A stretch of DNA of 64,000 nucleotides from Rhizaria sp. SCN 62-66 (lineage: Eukaryota). Every line of letters starts with the position of its first letter. Within the stretch, counting starts at the first letter, position 1. Where the stretch lies: contig MEDY01000012.1 in assembly GCA_001724265.1 (NCBI GenBank), positions 1 through 64,000 on the forward strand, in the 5' to 3' direction. Of this stretch, positions 56,241 through 64,000 are shown piece by piece. Below the pieces are notes generated by a model. It was not told where the DNA came from, searched no databases, and worked only from the letters and a program-made list of their open reading frames with translations. The translations under genes were made by a program, and so were the position numbers.

Positions 56241-59200
56241 ATGTCGGCCCGCCTGCGCTCGCTCTCGCGCGCCGCGCTGTCGTCGCTGCCGTCGTCGCGC
56301 GCGTCCTCAGTCTCGACCCCCGCCTCCCCCGCGCCCGCGCTGTTCGCGCCCGCGCTGTTCGCGCCCGCGCCGTCCGCGGCGGCGCTGCGGGCCGCGAGCG
56401 GCGCGCACACGGGCGTCTTGCACGGGCCGCCCCGTGCGCGCACGCCGCTGCCGCCGCTCTTCCCGGTCACGGCCACAGCCTCCGCCTCAGCCTCTGCCTC
56501 GGCCTCAGCCTGTGGTTCTGCCTCTGCCTTGCCCTACGGCGCTGACTCCTTGTCGGGCTACGTGACTGCCTCTGTCGCTGCGTCGGTCGCTGAACCTGTT
56601 GCCGCGGGCCGCGCGTTCAGCAGCAGTCGCGCCCGGTCACTCTCGCTGTCGCGGTCGCGGTCTCAGCTGCAGCTGCAGACACAGTGTGTTGTTGTCGCAG
56701 CCGCGACTGCGCACGAGAACGCTGCGGTGAATACTGCCGCTGTTGCTGCTGCGCTGAGCCCTGGCACTCATTTGAGCTCTGCTGGTCACTTCGGCATGCC
56801 GTGGCAGCCCGATGCCATTGCGCTGTCGACGACGCCGTCACGCGTACACTCGCATTTACACTCACATTCCCATTCACAGTCGCTGCCTCAGTCTCTCCGG
56901 GCCACCCGTCCCACCCTCTCGAACAGCAACAGCAGCGCTGGCGGCAAAAGCGCTGGCACCCGCGGCAGCGGCCCCGCGGTCTCGGGCTGGTTCTCATCGT
57001 CCCCAGGAAAGACCGCCGCCGCCCCCGCCGCGGCGAGCGCCCCCGGCACGCCCCAGTCGCCGTTGCCGCAGTCGCCGCAGCCGCTGCCTCTGCCGCCGCT
57101 CCCGCCGCTGCAGCCGGGCGGCCCGTTCTCGCGCTACACGGGGAGCGACAGCAGTCGCCGCGCCGCGCAGGCCGCTGCAAAGCGGCAGCAACAACCGCAG
57201 CAGGACGACAAGACTGCTAGTTCCGATCCGATTTTCAAAAACGACCGGTCTCGCAACAACAACAAGAATCCCAGCAGCGGCGACAACAAAAACTTGAACT
57301 CCGCCAACTCTGGCGACGCCACCGGCTCTGACGCCGCCGGCTCTGGCGCCAACACCGCCGACGACCCCAGCGACGGCGGCAGCGGCGCGCGCCGCCGCTC
57401 TCCGCAGTGGACACAGTCGCACCCATCACTTGCGCGCCTGCGCCGGCACGCATCGTCCACGGTCGCGGCCGTGGCGGCGCAGCGCGAGGAGAAGCGCCGC
57501 GCGGCCGCCGTCGCCGCCAAGGCCGCGGCCGTGGCCGAGGCGCGCCGGCGCGAGCTGGCTGCGCTGTCGGCGGTGAGCCGGCCGCCTAGCGCCGCTGCCG
57601 CCGCCGCTGCCGCTGCGACGGCGGCGACTAACGCTGCCGCCGTGGCCGCCAGCGCCGCCGCGGCTGCGCTCGTGCCCTCGGCCGCAGCGGCCAGAGCCGA
57701 CGCCGCGGCCGCAGCCCACGGCAAGGGCCGGCGCAGCTCCCCGGCCGTCGCGCTGGCCGCCGCCGCTGCCTNTCACGCTGACGCCCCCCGCGGCGGCTGC
57801 GGCGGCCGCCAGCGAGGCCGCGGCGCTGCAGCGCGAGCGCGAGCGCGGGCTGCGCAGCTGGCTTATCCTCACGCCTCCGCCGCGCGCGGGCAGCGCCGGC
57901 GCTGGCGGTGGCGCTGCGCAGACGCTGAGTGTCCCGCGCTACCAGTCCCCGGCGACGGTCAAGCTGCTGCCAAAGGAGCCGGACGCCGCCGCGGCTGCTG
58001 ACGGAAGCTCGCCGAGTGCGGCCTCGACTGTGCCGACGACGGCGGGCGCGATGCGCGCACATGCCCGCGAGCGGCTGCGCGAGGCCGAGACGGGCGGGGA
58101 GATCGCCATAGGCGCCATCTTCAAGCCGCAGTATAAGTACTTGGACGCGAAGCGCGCCAAGCGCGCTGCGTCCGCTCCAGTTGCGACGAAGACCAGCGTA
58201 GCGCCCAAGCCTGTTGATGCCGCAGCCGCGCCCGCCGCCGCACGGCCTAGCGGCAGCAGCAGCGACAGTGACGTTGTAGCCGCGGCAGCGAGTGCGTCGA
58301 CGAACAAACTTCTATTGAAGCACCGCCTGATTCTCACGCCGCCACCGCGGCCGTTGCCAGCGGCGGTCACAACACCGCCGCCGACGTCCAATTTGATCAC
58401 TACTCCACCAACCAAGCCAAAAATTTGGAACTTGATCACCACACCCCCGCCGAAGGAATCGAAGCCGCTGCCGCTGATCCTGGACAAGTACACGGGCCCC
58501 ACGCCGCGCCTCCTCTCCTCCAACCACCCGCTGATGAAGGCGACCCACCGCGCGGCGCGCGCCGCGTCGCTCGCCGCGGCAACCGCGGCCGACGTGGCCG
58601 CCGGCCTCCGCGCGCTGCCCCGGTCGCTGCAGCCGCTGGTGGCGGCGCACGGGCCGGCGATCCTGGCCGACGAGGCGCGTCTGCGCACGCTCTCGGCCGA
58701 GATCCAGGAGGCGCGCGCGGCGTTCCAGACGCACCGCAACAGCCGCCTGCGCCGGGGCCTGCCGTCCACGGAGCGGTCCGTGCGCGAAGGCGAGGCCTTG
58801 GCGCACTGGGAGCACGTCAAGTCGTTCCGCGTCGGCGTCGCCGAGGCGCTGGCGATGCCCGTCGCGCTGCGCGATGCGCTCGTGGCCACCGCGGTGGCGG
58901 CGCAGGCCGAGGCCGAGGCGCAGGCAGCCGCGGCTGCAGACGCCAAGGCTGCGGCCGAGGCGGCCGCGGAGAAGGCGGCGCGCGCGCGGCAGGCGGAGAT
59001 CTCCGCGTCGAACGCGCACTTGCCGTTCACGAAGATCAGTCTGAGCGACAACTCGGCCGGGCCGGTGTACAAGTCGCCGCTGATCACCTCGCCACCGCCG
59101 CGGAGCACGGCGGTGGCGGCTGCGATCAAAGCGCCCGCAACGGCGGCGAAGCCCGAGGGCGAGGGTGACGAGTCGGCGGAGCCGTTGACGTCCACGGACC

Positions 59201-62200
59201 TCAAGCGTCGCCTGCGGCGCGCCGCGGACGCGGCTATCGTGGCACGCACGGCGGCGCACCGTGCCGCGGATGCGGAGCGCGTGTTCGCGGACGTCAGCGG
59301 GTACCTGGCCTCGCTGGGCATCAGCACGGCCGACATCGCGCGCTTCTCGCGCCACGCAGCGCGGGTGTTCGCCGAGCCGCCCGAGCGCGGCATCGCGGTC
59401 AAAGTGCGCTACCTGCTCTCGCTTGGCATCAGCATCACGAGCGTGTCCGTGTCGCTGCAGCGCCACCCGCGCGCGTACGCGTGCTCGTTCGAGACGCTTC
59501 GCAACCGCGTCGAGGTGCTGCAGTCGCTCGGGCTGTCGCTGAGCCAGATCGACCGCGCCGTGCGCACCCCGCTCTTCGCGCTCGAGCCGACCGCGATCGC
59601 GGCCAAGGCGACAATGTTGCGTCTCATGGGCGCGCCGCAAGACACCGTCGTCGGCGCACTCACGGCGCGCTACACGCTAGGCGGTGTCTCCGTGCCCACT
59701 CTCCACGCCGCCGCGCGCGCGCTCTCGGCCGCCGGACTGCACGGGTCTGAGATGCTGCGCTCGCTGCAGTTCTCCGGCTTCCTGCTGCGGATCACCGCGG
59801 ACGACTTGCGCCGCCTGATGCTCGAGACGCACCTCGGCTTGCGGCACCCCGAGCTGGGCTCGCGCGAAGGTCTGTCGTGGCGCGAAGTTGCCCGCTTCCT
59901 TGCGGGGTCGCAGTCGAGCCGGGCCGCCGACCACCACATCTCGACCACGCCGGCGAGCGTGGCCGAGATCGCTACCTCTGCTGTCGCCACAGCCACGGGC
60001 GCCGTTGCGGCCACCAGCGTTCACTACTCCGAGCTGGCCTCGGCGCGCGAGGCGCTCGCGCTGACGGACGCGACGGCCGCACTGACCGCGTTTCTTTCCC
60101 CCTCGCTCACGACGGCGCACCCGAACCCGCGCCTGGCGACGCAAAGCACGCTCGTGCGCACCCCGGCTGCGCTCCGCGCCAACCAAAGCAACATCTTGCG
60201 CAGCGCGGCGTTTTTCACCGCGCTGGGCATGACTGCCCACAACCTTCTCAGTCTGTCACGGAACCACCAAGCGTTCCTGCTGGGACAGATCCAGTTCTAC
60301 GCGCGCCGGCTTGAGTATCTATTTGCGCTGCTGAACTTGCCGTTGACGGTTTCGCCCGGCACGCGCGCGGGGACGGAGACCGGGGCTGCGCTGGCGCTGC
60401 GCACCCGTGGGCTCGTGACGCCCATCCTGAGTCGGCTCGCGCGCAAGGGCCTGTTGGGCGTGACGCCTGCGTCGTCGGTGCTGTCGGCGACGGGTGACAG
60501 TCAGGACGCGCTCATGGCTTACGACGTCATTAACAATCGTAGCAACAGCAGCACTGGCAACGTCACTGATGGCGGCAACGGGAATACTTACGTCCTCGAA
60601 GCCGCGATTTCGAAGCTGCGACAGTCGCGAGCCTCACGAGTCTCGAGTCCCTCCGGCGCCGCTGTGGCGCCGGCTGCACCCGCTTCCTCGGCAGCAACTG
60701 TGGCCGTCGCTGCCGCCGCCGCTGCGGACCGCGTGGCGGCCGAGACCGCTACCGCGGTCCTGGGCGACGCGCTGGCCTGCGTCCCGCTCGCCGAGGGCTC
60801 TCTGGCCGCGCACGAGTTCGAGACCGCCCTGGCCAAGGCCTCGCGCGGGGACGCGGGCGAGACTGTGGGCACCGGGGCCACCGCCGGCGCCGCCACCGCG
60901 CGGCTCGCGGCGGCCGCGGCGGCGCTCGCGGCGGCCAACGACGCCGGCAAGAGCGGCGCGTCCCCTGCGTCGGCGGCCGCTGCCACCGACAGCGCCACCG
61001 CCGCCGCCGCGGCCGCCGCTGTGTCGACCGCCGAGTCCGCCGTGGCCGCCGCCGCTGCCGCCGAGGTCGCTGCCACTACCGCGGCCGCCGCGGCCGCCGG
61101 AGAGCCCGGCACACCGCGGTCTGAGTCGAGTGCGTTTGACTTCAGGTTTAGCGCCACAGAGGCAGCTGCGTCCGCGGCCGCTGCGACCGCGGCGCAGGCG
61201 GCCGACTTCGCCGCCGCGGTCGCAGCGCACTCCGCGGCGATTGTGACGCAGCACATGCCCGCGCCGCGGCCGCGCGTGCTGGCCGCGAGCGCGATGGCCG
61301 TACGCTCGCTGGCGCAGCCGCTGCCGCCGGACCCGCGCGCGCGCAAGCTCGCGCTCTTCGCCGCCGCGCCCCACCACGCCGCGGCTTCCCAAAAGCAGCA
61401 GCTGCAGAGCGAGACCGGCGCTGCGATTGAGCATTACGCACAGGAACAGCAACAAAAGGCACTTGCCCTCGCGACTGACGGTCCGCTGCTTGCTTTGGCG
61501 GCGCAGACCGGCGTGTCGCTTCCCACCAGCTCCCTTGCCCTGTCGATGCCCATGCCAGCGTCGCTGCGCCGCCTAAACACTCTGTCGCCGTCCATGTCCC
61601 AGACGCCGCTGCCACCCGCGTTCCGCGCCGCACTGCTGTCGTTCGCGCAGCACAGCGGCCGCGAGCTCGCCGTGGACCGGCTGCGCACCACGCGCGCGGA
61701 CCTCGCTGCGCTGCTGACGCGCACCGAAGGGCTGTCGCTGACGCCACTAGAGGCCGTCGAGGTCGACGCCGTCTCGCTCGCGGCCGAGTGCGTGCTCCGC
61801 GGCTTTGCAGCCGTCGCGATGACCACGCATGCCGAGCTCGTCGCCGCCGCCGTCGGACGCGCCAGGGCGCCGCGCCGCAAGGATGTATCGCTGGCGGCTG
61901 CGGCGGCGCGCGCTGCCATTGAGACGAGCCACTTGGACGCGCACGATGAGGTGTCCAGCTCCACTGCGAGGGGGTTCTATTTCACCGACTCGGTGTCTCG
62001 TCTGAACTCATCGTTGTCCGAAACGGACATACCGACACATCACAGTGCGCGGAAGACCGAGGGCGACGCCCATGACCCGTGGTTTGCACTGTCGAACTTC
62101 GACGGCCCCGTGATTGCCTCTGTCACTGGCTGGGACACGCTCGCGATGCCCGCGCTCGCCGCGGTGGCGATGCGGCGGCTGGAGCTGCGGCGGCGTGACG

Positions 62201-64000
62201 CCGAGTACCGCGCTGCGCTGAAGCGGCTGCAGGGGCGGATCGAGCGGGCCGAGCGGCTGCAGGAGCAAAGGGATCAGGGCGAGGATGAGAGCGCGAACGA
62301 CGATAATGATCACAATAACGACAATGTCGAACACGACGACCTAAGCAGCGACATCGGCGCACGCGCGTCGAAAAAGAAGAAGTCTAGTTCTGGTCACCAA
62401 GTTATCTACGACTCGTCTCTGTCCACTGCGACGCATTGGTTGCACTGGCTCGCGGCCGACACCTCCCTCCCCCCTGGGCCGTCGCCGCTGTCTCCCCACG
62501 CGCGCCCCGTGCACCCCCGCGTTCTGAGCGTCTTCGGCTCTTACGGCGTCCCCGCGGCGTACTCGGCCCCCGTGCTCAACACCGTCGCCGCGCCCGCGCT
62601 CTCGGAACAGCCCTCGATCGCGGGCTTCTTCGCGCTTCTCGCCGCGCCCTCGGCCGTGGTGGCGCCGCTGCTGGGCGTGCCCGCCGTGCCGGCCGTGCTG
62701 CGCGGCGGGCTAGGCGACGCGCGCGCGTGGCAGCGCGCGGGCGAGAGCGCGCTGCGCACCAAGACGCTGCGCGACTGGACGCGGCCCGCGTTGTCGAGGC
62801 TGGTACAGACCAACACTATGTTCAACGTGCAGAGCCAGCGCTGGCAGCAGCTGCAGGGCATCGAACGCGACCTGAGCGCGGAAATCGCGCAGGATAAACT
62901 CAACGGCCTCCACGGCGACGGCGACATCACCGACGACGACGGCAGTCTCGCGGCGGCCGCGGCCACGGCGGCTGAGGTGTTCTCCACCCCCAGCGCAGTC
63001 CCCATGCGGGCGCTGGCAGCCTACGCGGAGGCCGTGACGCACTTGCCGCCGCCCATCATGCGGACGCTGCGGCAGCGGCTGACGATCGAGTCATCCGTCG
63101 GGCCCGCGCGCGCCGCCGCGGCCGCTTCGGCTGCTGCTACCGCGGCGCTGGCCGCTGCTGAGGCCGCTGCGGCCGCGACAGCAGTAACGTCGAACAAGAA
63201 CGACACCATGCCCGCCGACCCTGCGGCCGCGTCCGCAGCCGCTGCAGCTGCAGCCGCCGCCACAGCTGCTTCGGCCTTCGCCGCCGCGGTTGGTGGCTCT
63301 TTGCAGCAGGCCTACAGCATGCCGCAGTCCAAAGCTGCTGCGCTCTTGTCTCTGTCTTCGACTCCCGGCGCCTCCGCGGCCGCGCGCGCGCTCGAGGACA
63401 TGCCGGGGCGTCGGCAACACGAGCTTGCGGAGGCGAAGATCGAGGCGACCCGCAACACGCAACGCGCGAACCATGCCAAGGCGCTTGCTGCAAAGCTCGA
63501 AGAGGAGGCGAAGCAGGCGGCCGCGGACGTCGAAGCTGCCAAGGCTGCGCTTGCCGCCGCATTGTCGGCTGCGAGGGCCGATGTAGCAGCGTTGACTCAG
63601 GCCGCGGCAGCCAAGAAGACCTCGAACAAGTTAAACGCTGCTGCTATCGACGCTGAGGCCGACGTCGAGACTGAGGCAGATGCCGAGGCAGAGGCTGAAG
63701 CAGAGGCTGAGGCTGAAGCAGAGGCAGAGGCTGAAGCAGAGGCAGAGGCTGAGGCTGAGGCAGCTGCTGCGGCCGCGGATGCGCCTGCTTCTGCGGCGAC
63801 TGTTGCTTCTGCAGACCTTGTGGCGCCAGTCGTCGGTCTCACCGCTGACAGCCACAACCCTCACAGCCGGGCGCCCCCCGTTCTATCTCGCGAAGACGCG
63901 TTTACCGACGCCGCCGCCGTGCCCCTGCACGCGCTGTCCTCTCCCGCACCCGACGCCGCTGGCGATGATGCCTGCAGCAGTCAGAGTGGCACAGGCAAGG
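56241..64000 (+). CDS. Very large mTERF-repeat-containing protein, 3' partial; frame change at or near the ambiguous base N57772
   Basis: Arg/Ser/Ala-rich, acid-free N-terminus (MSARLRSLSRAALSS) resembling a mitochondrial presequence. After the N a different frame (codon starts at 58081, 58141...) appears open to the window end, so it is absent from the ORF track. It encodes mTERF-like repeats at about 59290-59640 (YLASLGIS...IAVKVRYLLSLGIS...RHPRAYACSFETLRNRVEVLQSLGLS). Confidence 0.7.
63652..63762 (+). repeat. Coding degenerate hexamer repeat GC(A/T)GA(A/G) encoding (AE)n
   Basis: Tandem GCAGAG/GCTGAA/GCTGAG units within the open frame. Confidence 0.85.

Noticed and set aside
57760-57790. 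Programmed ribosomal frameshift in the mTERF-like gene
   Set aside because: The frame change coincides with an ambiguous N and no slippery heptamer is visible; an assembly gap or error is the simpler explanation.

Overview
Gene-dense, intron-poor eukaryotic nuclear DNA, most likely from a flagellated protist with mitochondria. GC-rich, Ala/Gln/Ser-inflated coding regions alternate with AT-rich spacers, and introns are 100-250 nt with a GTACG donor consensus. I can support 14 protein-coding genes: a PhyH-type dioxygenase, IFT52, an RCC1/coiled-coil protein, a CCCH/polyQ protein, CAP/Srv2, a PA-TM-RING E3 ligase, NASP/Sim3, a calcineurin-B-like EF-hand protein, a divergent MCM-family (MCMDC2-like) protein, a HEATR6-like protein, a PRAS40/Lobe-like protein, TMEM19/DUF92, V-ATPase subunit a and a partial giant mTERF-like protein. 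The main signal is the MCM-like gene (27079-33890). It splices into one 2142-residue frame interrupted by six in-frame stops, all TAG, with no TAA, TGA or frameshift. All 13 complete genes end in TAA or TGA and none in TAG. This points to UAG being decoded as an amino acid (context favours Gln) while UAA and UGA remain stops, either through a rare variant nuclear code or through conditional recoding or editing. All family calls are by-eye motif recognition; no database search was run.
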